Shown in pieces: positions 39,782-50,020 of a DNA stretch of 64,000 nucleotides; position 1 is the first letter of the stretch; each line of letters begins with the position of its first letter. The notes beneath the pieces are model-generated. The model was not told the DNA's origin, did no database searches, and saw only the letters and a program-made list of their open reading frames with translations. Origin of the DNA: Planctomycetota bacterium (GTDB taxonomy: Bacteria; Planctomycetota; GCA-002687715; CAIWVZ01); contig JBGANV010000002.1 of NCBI GenBank assembly GCA_044222185.1, forward strand, positions 448,001 to 512,000, written 5' to 3'. Made by a program: the position numbers and the translations under genes.

Positions 39782-40107
39782 CGCGTCCGGCTTGGCGTGG
39801 GGGAGTGCGCGCCGCGATGGCGGGTTTCGCCGGAGACCCGTGTCGATTTGGGCGCGTTTTCGACCAACCGATCGGAGCGAGTCGGAAGGGCGCCGATCGG
39901 GCACGGTGCGGGCATGACGGGGCGTGCCCGTCGCCAGGGCGGGTCCGTGTCTCGATGATCTGGACTTCGTCGAGTCAAATGCCGTGCGCCTCGACTCCGT
40001 TGCATTGACCGCGCAGATTTCGATCCATAGGCTGCGGCGGATCAGAGTAGGCGTGAGCGCGGATTGGCGGAACAGCCGCGCGATGCAACTCCGAGCAGGA
40101 GCTCGCA

Positions 40108-42738
40108 GTGTTCATACATCGGTCTCGTTCGTGCAGCGTGTACGTTCCGTTCGTCCTGGCGATGTCGGTGATCGTTAACGATGGCCGTCCGCAACAGTCG
40201 CGCGTTCTCCTGGATACGTCCGTGATCGTCTGTGACACGACGTGTCAGATCCGGACGGTCCTCGATCTGGACGGCGACGGTGATCCCGACGCTCTGAGCT
40301 TCTTCAACGGAGTGCTCGCGGGACTCGAGAACGACGGTACGGGCGCGTTCACACAGCGCTGGAGCCTCGCGACGAGTCCCTTCACCTCGATCATCCCCCG
40401 CTTCGTGCGACGGGCGCGATTCGATGGCGACAACCGCGACGATTTCATCCTGGTCGAAGCGGTCACCGTTCGTGGTTTCAGGTCGAATGGAGCGTCGTCG
40501 GCGCCGACGGAGGTGTGGTCGGTCAACGTGGACCAGGTCGCGCTCGGCGCTGCGGTGGCGGACTTCAACGCGGATGGGCTCGATGATGTGGCGATCGCGA
40601 CTTTCGCGACCGCATTCGTCTGGATCTCCGCGCCGATCGGTCCACCGACCGTCGCCGCCACGCGACCCTTGCCGGCGCAAACGTTCTCCGAGGTCGATCA
40701 CCTGCTGGCCACCGACGCCACCGGTGACGGCGTGCCCGACCTGATCTTCGCGAACGTCAGGCTGCAATCGGCGCTCGAACCCGTACCCGGCCTCGCGGTT
40801 CACGTCTACCCGTTCACGGGATCCGGCTTCGCCGCAGAGAGCGTGTGGGTTGTGCCTCTGGCGGCATTCGCACCGCCCGACGCCTTCGGGATCGCGGCCG
40901 GAGACATCGACGGAGACCTCGACACCGACGTGGTGGTCTTCGAAGCGCACGAGTTCTCCGTGCTGCGCCGCACCGGGCCGGGAACGTTCAACCTGGAGCC
41001 ACGGGTCCTCGGCGGTCCCGCGACGGGCCTCGCCGACATCGACGCCGACGGAGACTTGGACGGAATCTGCTGCGGCGGCGGCGGGCCGTTTCCGGCGAAC
41101 CAGGTCCCGGGCCAATTCGAGCTCTCGACGAACGACGGGTCCGGCCGATTCGGGCTCGCGTTCTCGATCCCGGCGTTGGGTTCCGCGGGGATCGCGGGCG
41201 CCGTCGACCTCGATCGCGATGGAGACGTGGACCTCATCGCCGGTCGGTGCGCCTACTTCGCCACGGGACCGATCCTCGAGTCACTGGAACGCGCTCCGGT
41301 GGACCCGGGCGTGAGCCAGCTCACTACGTCCGCTGACCTCGTCGACGTCGACGGAGACGGCGATCTGGACATCCACCGCTCGCTCGGACGCTGGCTCCGG
41401 AACCTCGGAAACGGCGTGACCGAGTCGGTGGTGCGCACCGTGCCGCCAGTAGCGGCCGGGAGCTACTGGAGCGAACCGGGGGTCCCCGGCGACTTCGATG
41501 GCGACGGCGATGCGGATCTGCTCGTGATCCGGCGAGAGGTCGGCACGAACGCTTACCAGCAACTCCACATGTTCGTGAACGCCGGCGACGGGACGTTCAC
41601 CATGGCGCCGCCAGCTGGTGACACGACGCTCGTCGTGACGGCGCCACTCTTCAACATCGTGACGCCCATGCCATTCACGCCGGCAAACACGCGCGCCGTC
41701 GACATGGACGGTGACGGCGACCTGGATCTCCTCGTCTGGGACGAGAAGACGGCGATCTTCAAGAACGAGGGCGGGGGCACCTTCACGAGGGATCTCGACG
41801 TGAACGGGCGCGTGTTCGACGTGGGCGATGCGACGGGTGATGGAATCCCAGAACTCCTCACCGCTCGCGGCGGCGTGACGAACGGCAGCTTTTACGGCGT
41901 CTACGTCTGGGTCGGCAGCGGCGAAGGCGTGTTCCAGCATCCCCTCGCGAACTCGAGTCTGATGTTCACGTCCGTGGGCGCCCGCTTCACCGACCTCGAC
42001 GGCGATGGCGACCTCGACGTACTCGCGGACCTCCCCGTGACACTCAGTGTGAATCTCGGCGCCGGACAGTTCGTCGCAGGCATGGCGCTGCCCCAAGCCA
42101 CCGACCCGACGCAGGCGTCCACCGCTCGCGACCTCGACGGTGATGGGCTTCCCGAACTGCTCCTCTCCAGCTCGATGGAGATCTACACCCGTGCCTCTGC
42201 CTCGGCACCATTCACCGGTCCGACGCCGCATGTCCTCGCTGACTTCGCCCCGACCGTCACGCCGATGGAGGACGTGGACGGCGATGGCGACGTCGACGTA
42301 ATTGCATCGCGCGTCACTCGCGGACGACGCTGGTTGGGTGACGCGGGCGGCCGGCGGTGGGAGTACGGAACCGGGCTCGCCGGAACGGGAGGCATCGTCC
42401 CGCGGATCGGGGATGTGGGTCCCTTCCGCGCCGGGTCGTCGGGGTCGATCCGCATCAGCGCCGGTCTTGGCGACGCTGCCGGTGTGATGGTCCTCGGCTT
42501 CTCCCAGATCGCGACCCCGATCGTCGGCGGAACCCTCCTCGCGACGCCGGACATCCTGCTCGAGGTTCGGCTGAGTGGGGCTTCCGGCATGGCTGGAGCC
42601 GGTCGAGTCGCCATCCCGTGGACGTTGCCACCCTGGAGCGCAGGTCTGCACATCTTCAAACAGGCCGGTTTCGCCGATCCATCCGCCCCTCAGGGCATCT
42701 CGTTGACGAACGGTCTCGCGATCATGATCGGCGGCTGA
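40108..42738 (+). CDS. FG-GAP/VCBS repeat protein with conserved C-terminal domain
   Basis: About 13 DxDGDGDxD Ca-binding repeats; ends YGTGLAGTGG...PPWSAG..FKQAGFADPSAPQGISLTNGLAIMIGG; start and signal peptide uncertain. Confidence 0.82.
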   Translation: MFIHRSRSCSVYVPFVLAMSVIVNDGRPQQSRVLLDTSVIVCDTTCQIRTVLDLDGDGDPDALSFFNGVLAGLENDGTGAFTQRWSLATSPFTSIIPRFVRRARFDGDNRDDFILVEAVTVRGFRSNGASSAPTEVWSVNVDQVALGAAVADFNADGLDDVAIATFATAFVWISAPIGPPTVAATRPLPAQTFSEVDHLLATDATGDGVPDLIFANVRLQSALEPVPGLAVHVYPFTGSGFAAESVWVVPLAAFAPPDAFGIAAGDIDGDLDTDVVVFEAHEFSVLRRTGPGTFNLEPRVLGGPATGLADIDADGDLDGICCGGGGPFPANQVPGQFELSTNDGSGRFGLAFSIPALGSAGIAGAVDLDRDGDVDLIAGRCAYFATGPILESLERAPVDPGVSQLTTSADLVDVDGDGDLDIHRSLGRWLRNLGNGVTESVVRTVPPVAAGSYWSEPGVPGDFDGDGDADLLVIRREVGTNAYQQLHMFVNAGDGTFTMAPPAGDTTLVVTAPLFNIVTPMPFTPANTRAVDMDGDGDLDLLVWDEKTAIFKNEGGGTFTRDLDVNGRVFDVGDATGDGIPELLTARGGVTNGSFYGVYVWVGSGEGVFQHPLANSSLMFTSVGARFTDLDGDGDLDVLADLPVTLSVNLGAGQFVAGMALPQATDPTQASTARDLDGDGLPELLLSSSMEIYTRASASAPFTGPTPHVLADFAPTVTPMEDVDGDGDVDVIASRVTRGRRWLGDAGGRRWEYGTGLAGTGGIVPRIGDVGPFRAGSSGSIRISAGLGDAAGVMVLGFSQIATPIVGGTLLATPDILLEVRLSGASGMAGAGRVAIPWTLPPWSAGLHIFKQAGFADPSAPQGISLTNGLAIMIGG

Positions 42739-43026
42739 TCGATCCGACCGATGCAGGCGTGACCCCGACCTCCGCCAACGTCGGGCAGCTGACGGTGGCG
42801 GGCGACCCGGTGCGGGGTCGTCCCGGCCCCGCGGCGCAGCCCGGCCAACTTAGGAGCCCTGGAGGTGATTCTCGCCGCGGGCTGGGGCAGAGCGGCGATC
42901 CGGCAGGGATGGAACTGCCCCGATCAACCAGCCCTTGCGAGTACGATCGCGCCTCGACAGCGCCGCCCCACGCCCTGTCGGGCCCCGCTGCTGCCACCAT
43001 CGCCGTTCGACCAAAGGAGACCCTTC

Positions 43027-44013
43027 ATGCGTCCTATCCGCACCGCGATCATCGTCTGCGTCGTTGCTGCGTCCGTGCTGGCTCAGTGCGGCTCGGCGAG
43101 TCTCTCGACCCTCTATGCCGCAAACAACGGCGGTTCCACCGGGTGGGGCGTGTTCTTCGACGTCGCGATCGCGAGCCCGCTCGGGATCAACATCTGCGCG
43201 TTCGACACGAACACCGGGAACACGGCCGTCGGCACCCCGTTCACGATCAGCGTCTACGTCACGCCGGCCAGCTACGTCAATGTGCACGGCGCGCCGTCGG
43301 CGTGGCGGCTCGTGGCGACGGGTGCGGGGAGCGCCGCCGGAAACAACCTGCCATCGCTCGCGACGCTGGCGCAGCCCATGTACTTGCCGGCCGGGAACTA
43401 CGGCATCGCGCTCTATCACTACGGAGCGTCGCCTCGCTACACCAACGGCACGGGGGCGAATCAGATCTACGGCAACACCGACCTGACGATCACCACGGGG
43501 CTCGTGCGATCGACGTTCTTCGGGACGCCGACCGTGGGCTCGATCTTCACGCCGCGCGTCTGGAACGGGGGGATCTACTACGAGACCTGCTCGCCGAGCA
43601 GCGCAGCAGGCTTCGGGTTCATGGCGAGCGGCTGCGCCGGAACGATGGCCGCAGCCACGATCGACACCGTGTCACGGCCCCAGCTCGGCGGTCTCTTCTC
43701 GGTGAACGTGACCAACCTTCCGCTGTCCTACGCCGACCTCATCATCGGGCTGAGCAACACGACGTCGCCGTTCGGGCCGCTTCCGCTCGGTCTGGCGCCG
43801 TTCGGGCTTTCGGGTTGCTCCGCTTACGTGAGTCCCGACCTGATCTTTCCCGTGGGCGGGGCCGCCAACACCGCAAACTTTTCGGTCGGGTTGCCACCGG
43901 ATCCCGCGCTGCAGTGCCTGCAGTTCTTCATGCAGGCGATCGTGTATGACCCGGCGGCCAACACGCTCGGCTTCGTGATGTCGGATGCCGGGGCCGGCGT
44001 CATGGGGTTGTGA
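43027..44013 (+). CDS. Secreted hypothetical protein with conserved C-terminal domain
   Basis: AAAGGAGA RBS; signal peptide ending VLA-Q; beta-sandwich-like N-terminal domain; ends SGCAG...GCSAYVSPD...PPDPAL...Q.IVYDPAANTLGFVMSDA. Confidence 0.85.
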   Translation: MRPIRTAIIVCVVAASVLAQCGSASLSTLYAANNGGSTGWGVFFDVAIASPLGINICAFDTNTGNTAVGTPFTISVYVTPASYVNVHGAPSAWRLVATGAGSAAGNNLPSLATLAQPMYLPAGNYGIALYHYGASPRYTNGTGANQIYGNTDLTITTGLVRSTFFGTPTVGSIFTPRVWNGGIYYETCSPSSAAGFGFMASGCAGTMAAATIDTVSRPQLGGLFSVNVTNLPLSYADLIIGLSNTTSPFGPLPLGLAPFGLSGCSAYVSPDLIFPVGGAANTANFSVGLPPDPALQCLQFFMQAIVYDPAANTLGFVMSDAGAGVMGL

Positions 44014-44116
44014 AACGTCACCGCGCGATGCGTCGCCGAGCACGTGCGTGGGTGGATCTCCACGGCGCCGCGCAGGGGTTTTCCCTGCGCAGCGTCGGCG
44101 TCGATGACGACGCCGC

Positions 44117-45139
44117 TCAGAGCCCCGACGGCGAGACGCCGTTGGTGAGGCTGAATCCACCCGGTGCGAGAGGATCGAGCGCACCGGCCTGCGCGTAGAC
44201 GCTGAAGTAGAACGCGGGAGGAATCGGGAGCGTCAGGAACGCACGACCGTTCGGGTCCGGGTTCGCCTGGAAGATCAGGTCGAGCGTATTGAGCAGCGTG
44301 CATCCGTTTCCAAGCGGCAGCGTGATCGGGTTGAGACCGATGGCGAACACGACGGGCGCGTTGAGCGGAACGTTGCCGGCCTGAAGGATCAGGTTCCCGC
44401 CGAGACCTCCCGCCGTGTCGGCGTTCTGCACGAGAACTGGCGGCGTCGCTGCCGCGCCGGGGCAACCCGCGCCGTAACCGTAGTGGATCCGCATGACGTA
44501 GAACGTCGTCGCCGCGGACGCCGTGCCCGGGGGGTAGACCGACTGTGAACGTCCGACGCCGTACGTCGCGGCGCTCGAGACGACCGTCTCGGGATACTGT
44601 GCCGTCGTCGGATCGAGGCTTCCTGGATGGCTGAAGAGGAACGCCAGGTCACCACCCAGCCAGAGGTAGGGGTTCTGTAAGTCGAAGTAGAACTCGGCCC
44701 AGGGATTGGGAGCCGGTGCTGGCGGGTTGACGTTCGTGAAGACGCCCGCGTCGAGCGTCATGGGCCCCGAGCGCACTTGCTGCGGCGGGACCGAGAAGTT
44801 GGCGAAGAACCCCGCACCCCACGTCCCCGTGGGGATCGCAGATCCGACCCAGATGTCGTAGTTGGTCCAGGTGATGCTCGCTGGAGGCCATGCGGCCGCG
44901 TTGCTCGTGAACACCTGGAAGCGGAGGCTCACGCCCGTGATGACCGAGCCCACGGGGATGCCGGCAAGCTCGGAGGCATTCACGCCGTACTGGTACGTGC
45001 GTGGATTCCCGGCGTTCCGAACGATCGAGTTGAGTTGGCTCGTCCCACGCGCGTTCGCGTTCGCATTGGGAACCACGATGGATTGCGCCACGAGCGTGCC
45101 GCACAGCACGGCGGTGGTGATCAGGATTCGGCTGCGCAT
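44117..45139 (-). CDS. Secreted hypothetical protein with conserved C-terminal domain
   Basis: Signal peptide MRSRILITTAVLCGTLVA-Q; ends YGAGCPG...GCTLL...LPIPPA...AQAGALDPLAPGGFSLTNGV. Confidence 0.82.
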   Translation of the reverse strand: MRSRILITTAVLCGTLVAQSIVVPNANANARGTSQLNSIVRNAGNPRTYQYGVNASELAGIPVGSVITGVSLRFQVFTSNAAAWPPASITWTNYDIWVGSAIPTGTWGAGFFANFSVPPQQVRSGPMTLDAGVFTNVNPPAPAPNPWAEFYFDLQNPYLWLGGDLAFLFSHPGSLDPTTAQYPETVVSSAATYGVGRSQSVYPPGTASAATTFYVMRIHYGYGAGCPGAAATPPVLVQNADTAGGLGGNLILQAGNVPLNAPVVFAIGLNPITLPLGNGCTLLNTLDLIFQANPDPNGRAFLTLPIPPAFYFSVYAQAGALDPLAPGGFSLTNGVSPSGL

Positions 45140-45407
45140 TTCCGGAAACTCGAATGAGATGAAGAGGTGTTGGTCGTCGCGCGGGATCCTACACCGAACG
45201 AAGGGCGGGGGGGGGTGTCGACGCACGTTCCTCCCGAACGCGCTCAGCAGGTTCGACGGTGGCTCTCCGAAATCCACGGTGTCGTCGCGCGACGAGGGCG
45301 ACCCGCGTGTCGGTCCTTCGGTGGGGGAACGCAGGCTCCTTCCCACGGTCCGCGGCGAACCGGCGCGGAGTCACTCCTGGTGCGATTTCAGCTGAATCGA
45401 GTGGCCG

Positions 45408-45827
45408 TCACTTCCCCGGCGACACGGAGAGCCGCTTGATCGAGCCCGCGATGAGGACCTTCAGCGTCGGCAGGTGCACGTCCGCCAGGCGCTTCACGTA
45501 GAGGCACGATGCACCCGTCTTCACCTTGCCGAGCTTCTTCAGAAGATCCGGGGAGTCGTTCAGGCCCGCGATGATGTAGATCGAAAGCGTGCCTTTGCGG
45601 GGTGAGAACCCGACCTTCATCCACTCCGACTCACGGCCGCCAGCCGAGCGATGGACGTAGGTGCCGAAGCCCACCATGTCCTTGCCCCACATGCGTGGTT
45701 CGGATTTCGACGCCGCCTGCATCATCTTCGCGAGGGCGAGGCAGTCGGCTCGCTGCTCGTCGTCCGCGATGGACGCGAGGAATTCGGCAGGCGCAGCGCT
45801 CGTACGCTTGGTCTTCAACTTGGCCAT
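45408..45827 (-). CDS. DUF1801 (YdhG-like) protein
   Basis: KTKRT...FLASI, PRMWG..MVGFGTY, VGFSPRK..LSIY, LGKVKTGASCLYVKRLADV. Confidence 0.9.
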   Translation of the reverse strand: MAKLKTKRTSAAPAEFLASIADDEQRADCLALAKMMQAASKSEPRMWGKDMVGFGTYVHRSAGGRESEWMKVGFSPRKGTLSIYIIAGLNDSPDLLKKLGKVKTGASCLYVKRLADVHLPTLKVLIAGSIKRLSVSPGK

Positions 45828-45922
45828 GGCTCGTGAAACTCCGTCGCGGCGTGGTCAGGTGGCGAGGCTACCACGGAAGTCGGTGCCTCCAGTGACCTCC
45901 GCACGCGGTACATTCGTAGCCC

Positions 45923-48175
45923 GTGGACACGCGAAGCCAGGACCTGCGCGCCGCGCTGAAGAAGCACTTCGGCTACGACGCGTTTCGACCGCACCAGGAG
46001 GAGATCGTTCGCGACTTCCTCTCGGGGCGCGACGTCCTGGCCCTGTTGCCGACGGGCGGTGGCAAATCCCTCTGCTTCCAGCTGCCCGCGTTGATCAGCG
46101 ACGGCCTGACCCTGGTGATCTCGCCCCTGATCGCGCTGATGAAGGACCAGGTCGATGCGCTGACGACCGCCGGCATCCCCGCCACGTTCCTGAATTCCAC
46201 CATCGACGGCGTGGAAACCTACGAGCGCTGCCGCGGGCTCGAGACGGGTGAGTACAAACTGCTGTACGTCGCTCCCGAGCGGCTCGTCATGCCAGGTTTC
46301 TTCGACGAGCTCGCGCAGTGGGGATTCTCGCGGCTTGCCGTCGACGAGGCGCACTGCGTCAGCGAGTGGGGACACGACTTCCGCCCCGAGTATCGCCGCA
46401 TCGCGGAGGTGCGCGACCACTTCCCCGACGTACCGATGCTCGCCCTCACCGCCACGGCCACGCGTCGCGTGCGTCAGGACATCGTCGGGGGCTTGCGGCT
46501 TCGTGATCCGCGGATCTCGATCGCGAGCTTCAACCGACCGAATCTCATCTATCGGGTCGAGCCCAAGCGCGAGACGTTCCAGAAGCTGCTGGCCTTCGTG
46601 AAGGAACATCCTGACGAGTCGGGGATCGTCTACTGCCAGTCGCGCAAGACCGTGGAGGCCGTCGCTGCCGGGCTGAAGGACGAGGGGATCGCCGCGGCGC
46701 CCTATCACGCGGGCTTGGAGGCGGATCTTCGATCGTCGACCCAGGACCGATTCATCGCGGACGAGATCCAGGTCGTTTGCGCGACGATCGCGTTCGGCAT
46801 GGGCATCAACAAGCCGGACGTGCGATTCGTCGTGCATTACGACCTGCCGAAGAACCTGGAGGGCTACTACCAGGAGACGGGTCGCGCGGGTCGCGACGGG
46901 CTGCCGTCCGACTGCCTGCTGTACTTCAGCGCTGGCGACGCGGCGAAGTACCGAGCCTTCATCGAAGAGAAGGAGTCGGAGGAGGAGCGGGCCGTCGCAC
47001 GCCGCCAGCTACGCCAGATGGTCGACTACGCCGGCGCCGGGGATTGTCGGCGCCGCCTGCTCCTCGGGTACTTCGGCGAGTCGTTCGAGGAGTTGAACTG
47101 CGGAGCGTGCGACAACTGCTCGACTCCCGGCGAGACCTACGACGGCACCATCCACGCCCAGAAGCTCCTCTCGTGCGTCTACCGCATCCGCGAACGCGAC
47201 GGCTGGGACATGGGCGTGAACCACGTCGTCGAAGTGCTCACCGGTGCCGATACGGAGAAGGTCCGCAGCAAGGGTCACCAGTCGCTGTCGACGTACGGAA
47301 TCGGGAGTGACGTCCCCCGCGACGAATGGAAGGCGATTGCCCGCCAGCTCGTCCAGAGGGGCTTCCTGGTGGAATCGGACGATCAGTTCGCCACGATCGC
47401 CCTGACGCCGCTCGGCCGCGATGTCCTCGTCAAGCGAACGCCCGTGATCCTGGCGAAGGTGCGCGCCGCGGCGACCGCCGATGCGGTCCCGTTTCCGTCC
47501 GCATCCGAGCGACGCAAATCCAAGGTCGGCGACATCCCGTGCGACGAGGCCCTCTTCAACCGCCTCCGCCACCTGCGCAAGACCATCGCCTCCGAGCGCG
47601 GCGTCCCGCCGTACATCGTGTTCACCGATGCCGCGCTGCGGGACATGGCGAGGCGTTTCCCGACGGACCAGGCGGCATTCGCCCAGGTGTCGGGCGTGGG
47701 CGAGTCCAAGCTTCGCACGTTCGGTGTGCTCTTCACCTCGCACATCCGGAGCTACATCGACGAGACCGGGCAGCGGGCGCCCGGCGATCCCGGCCGCGCC
47801 AAGCCACCCGCGGCGCCGCGCGAGGCACAACCAGCACGCGAGAAGCGTGCCGCCCGTTCCGTCGACACGGTGAACGAGACGGCTCGCCTCATCCACCTGG
47901 GGCTGACGCCCGACCAGGTGGCGGCTCAGCGCGGGCTCACCGCGCCCACGATCTGGAAGCACGTCGAGATTGCGCTCCAACGGGGCGCACAGATCGATCT
48001 GTCTCACTTCATCACGGAGGCGGACCTCGGCGCCGCCAACGCGGCGTTCGACGCCTCTGACGGCACCGGCGTGCGCGCGGCGTTCGAGGCGGCAGAGGGC
48101 GCGCTCCCATACGAGCTGCTCAACATCGCCAGGGCGCTGCGGGAGCGGCGCGCGACCGGGGGGCCGCAGGTTTGA
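45923..48175 (+). CDS. recQ: ATP-dependent DNA helicase RecQ
   Basis: PTGGGKSLCFQLP, DEAHCVSEWGHDFRPEY, LTATAT, ATIAFGMGINKPDVRFV, QETGRAGRDG, Zn site CRR...CGACDNC, RQC, HRDC (VPPYIVFTDAAL) and C-terminal HTH. Confidence 0.97.
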   Translation: MDTRSQDLRAALKKHFGYDAFRPHQEEIVRDFLSGRDVLALLPTGGGKSLCFQLPALISDGLTLVISPLIALMKDQVDALTTAGIPATFLNSTIDGVETYERCRGLETGEYKLLYVAPERLVMPGFFDELAQWGFSRLAVDEAHCVSEWGHDFRPEYRRIAEVRDHFPDVPMLALTATATRRVRQDIVGGLRLRDPRISIASFNRPNLIYRVEPKRETFQKLLAFVKEHPDESGIVYCQSRKTVEAVAAGLKDEGIAAAPYHAGLEADLRSSTQDRFIADEIQVVCATIAFGMGINKPDVRFVVHYDLPKNLEGYYQETGRAGRDGLPSDCLLYFSAGDAAKYRAFIEEKESEEERAVARRQLRQMVDYAGAGDCRRRLLLGYFGESFEELNCGACDNCSTPGETYDGTIHAQKLLSCVYRIRERDGWDMGVNHVVEVLTGADTEKVRSKGHQSLSTYGIGSDVPRDEWKAIARQLVQRGFLVESDDQFATIALTPLGRDVLVKRTPVILAKVRAAATADAVPFPSASERRKSKVGDIPCDEALFNRLRHLRKTIASERGVPPYIVFTDAALRDMARRFPTDQAAFAQVSGVGESKLRTFGVLFTSHIRSYIDETGQRAPGDPGRAKPPAAPREAQPAREKRAARSVDTVNETARLIHLGLTPDQVAAQRGLTAPTIWKHVEIALQRGAQIDLSHFITEADLGAANAAFDASDGTGVRAAFEAAEGALPYELLNIARALRERRATGGPQV

Positions 48176-48478
48176 GGTCGCGATCGGGCGCCGCGAAGAG
48201 GGCGATCGGCCTCAGACAGCTTGCGGGGCGCCGCACCGGGGGCTGAGGGCGTCCCCCCACCTCGACCCGCAGAGCACCGCGGTCGCCACCGGGCTTTCTG
48301 GTTCCGGTCCAGCGACATACCAGATCCCGTGGCATGACGGATCCGACGCACCAGATGGTGTACACAGCCGAGCGAGCCCCTCGCAGCCAGCGCGCCCTCG
48401 GGCGATGAACGCCTGGGGCCCGATCGAGGTCCCACCCACGACCTGTTGAGCCGTCCACGGAGGTGGCGACCGAAGAAA

Positions 48479-49498
48479 ATGGGGTTGACCGAGGCCGCGC
48501 CGGACATCAACATCTCGCCCGTGTCGCCTCTGAAGGAGGTTTACGAGCGTTACCTGGCCGAAGAGGCCGCGATTCGGATGCCCGACGTCAGCTTCGCGGA
48601 TCGGGGACGCTTCCACTTCTGCGTCCTGCAAAGCGCCGTCGCCTGGAGCCGACACCCCAAGTCCGACTTCCGCCTCGCCCGCGGCAAGCACACGTTCGTG
48701 CTCAACTTCGAGGGGCCCATCGAGGGGAAGATGATGACGATGTTCTCCTTCCACTCGGCCGTCGAGACGGGGGAGTACCGATTCACCGGACTGAACCTCG
48801 CCAAGGCACCGCCAGGACTCAGCCCCATCGGCAAGGCAGCGCTCGAGCGGCTGAGCGACCTCTTCGAAGCTGCGTTGCCACAAGCTCAGAAAGACGAGGG
48901 CGTTGTGACGGTCGTAGTCCGCAAGGCGCCGACCATCGACTTCCTCCCCATCGTCGACGAAGCGCGCCGTGTGCTCGACGAGGGCAACCAGGAGTTCCAG
49001 CCCGTCGACTTCTCGCAGGTCGTCGTCCCCACGGAGGCCGCGAGCCTCTTCGTCGGGAAGACCAACGTCAGCCCGGCACCGCGACCCAAGGTGAAGTTCG
49101 TGCCGCCGCCGGTGGTCGTGCCGGTCGTGAAGCACGACCCGGAGGGCGAGGACTCGGACGACGAGAGCGACAGCGAAGAGAACGAAGCGAACGAGTCCGA
49201 GGCTGAGACGGAGTCGCAGTCGAGCAAGGCCAAGCCCGCGGCGGCCACTGCGAAGGCGACTCCCGTCCGATCGGCATCCAAGCCGGTTTCGAAGACGCCG
49301 CTGACCAAGGCGCAGCCGGCCAAGCACCCGACTTCGCCGACGGCCGGCCCGCCCCGGAAGACGCCCGAGCCGGAACGCAGCGTCAACAAGTCCCCGACGA
49401 AGGCCCCGACCACACCCAAGCCCGCTGCCGCGAAGGTGGTCGCCAAGGGCAAGCCCGCGCCTCCGCCCGCCAAGCCGAAGCCGAAGGGCAAGAAGTGA
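48479..49498 (+). CDS. Hypothetical protein: globular N-terminus, acidic tract, long Lys/Pro/Ala-rich tail
   Basis: Strong GC3 bias in this frame; EDSDDESDSEENEANESEAETES followed by KAKPAAATAK...PAKPKPKGKK; stop overlaps next start (GTGA). Start uncertain. Confidence 0.7.
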   Translation: MGLTEAAPDINISPVSPLKEVYERYLAEEAAIRMPDVSFADRGRFHFCVLQSAVAWSRHPKSDFRLARGKHTFVLNFEGPIEGKMMTMFSFHSAVETGEYRFTGLNLAKAPPGLSPIGKAALERLSDLFEAALPQAQKDEGVVTVVVRKAPTIDFLPIVDEARRVLDEGNQEFQPVDFSQVVVPTEAASLFVGKTNVSPAPRPKVKFVPPPVVVPVVKHDPEGEDSDDESDSEENEANESEAETESQSSKAKPAAATAKATPVRSASKPVSKTPLTKAQPAKHPTSPTAGPPRKTPEPERSVNKSPTKAPTTPKPAAAKVVAKGKPAPPPAKPKPKGKK

Positions 49499-49881
49499 AG
49501 GCACCCGGTCGGCGCGGCCCCACGGCGCGGGTCACGCACCTCCAGCTGTTCGCCCACGATCCGCGTGCGACGGTTGCGTTCCACACGAAGCTCTTCGGTT
49601 GCAAGCCCGTGCGGGCCACGCGCGACCATGCCTATGCCGAGTTCCGGCTCGGCGATGTGACGCTCGCGATCGCCGCACTACCGGCAGCGCAAGGCAAGGC
49701 TGCTCGCTCGACCATGAGCGCCCTGGTGGTCGTGTCGATTCCCGACTTCGACGCTCATCTGCGCCGCGCGCGCCGCGCGAAGTTCGCGATCGAATCGTTG
49801 ATCGCCGCGCCGCCGGGCGAGCGCTCGTTCACCGTTCGCGATCCCGCGGGCCAGCTCTTCGAGCTGACTGAGCGGGTTTGA
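49495..49881 (+). CDS. VOC family protein
   Basis: VTHLQLFAHD...AFHTKLFG...YAEFRLG...GERSFTVRDPAGQLFEL. Confidence 0.85.
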   Translation: MKAPGRRGPTARVTHLQLFAHDPRATVAFHTKLFGCKPVRATRDHAYAEFRLGDVTLAIAALPAAQGKAARSTMSALVVVSIPDFDAHLRRARRAKFAIESLIAAPPGERSFTVRDPAGQLFELTERV

Positions 49882-50020
49882 TCGCCAACGCCCGGTTCCA
49901 CGCCGCGGCACTTGCAGCGGACCGACCCCCTCCCTAATCTGCACGCCGCCTCACGGGAAGTTGGTTGAGGTTTCAGGTCGCGCAGCCGTCGCGCTGTGGC
50001 GGAACATGGAGATGGAGACG

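Noticed and set aside
42739-43026. Possible structured RNA or riboswitch upstream of the 43027 gene
   Set aside because: GC-rich hairpins can be drawn, but I recognised no RNA family consensus; not supportable without a covariance search.
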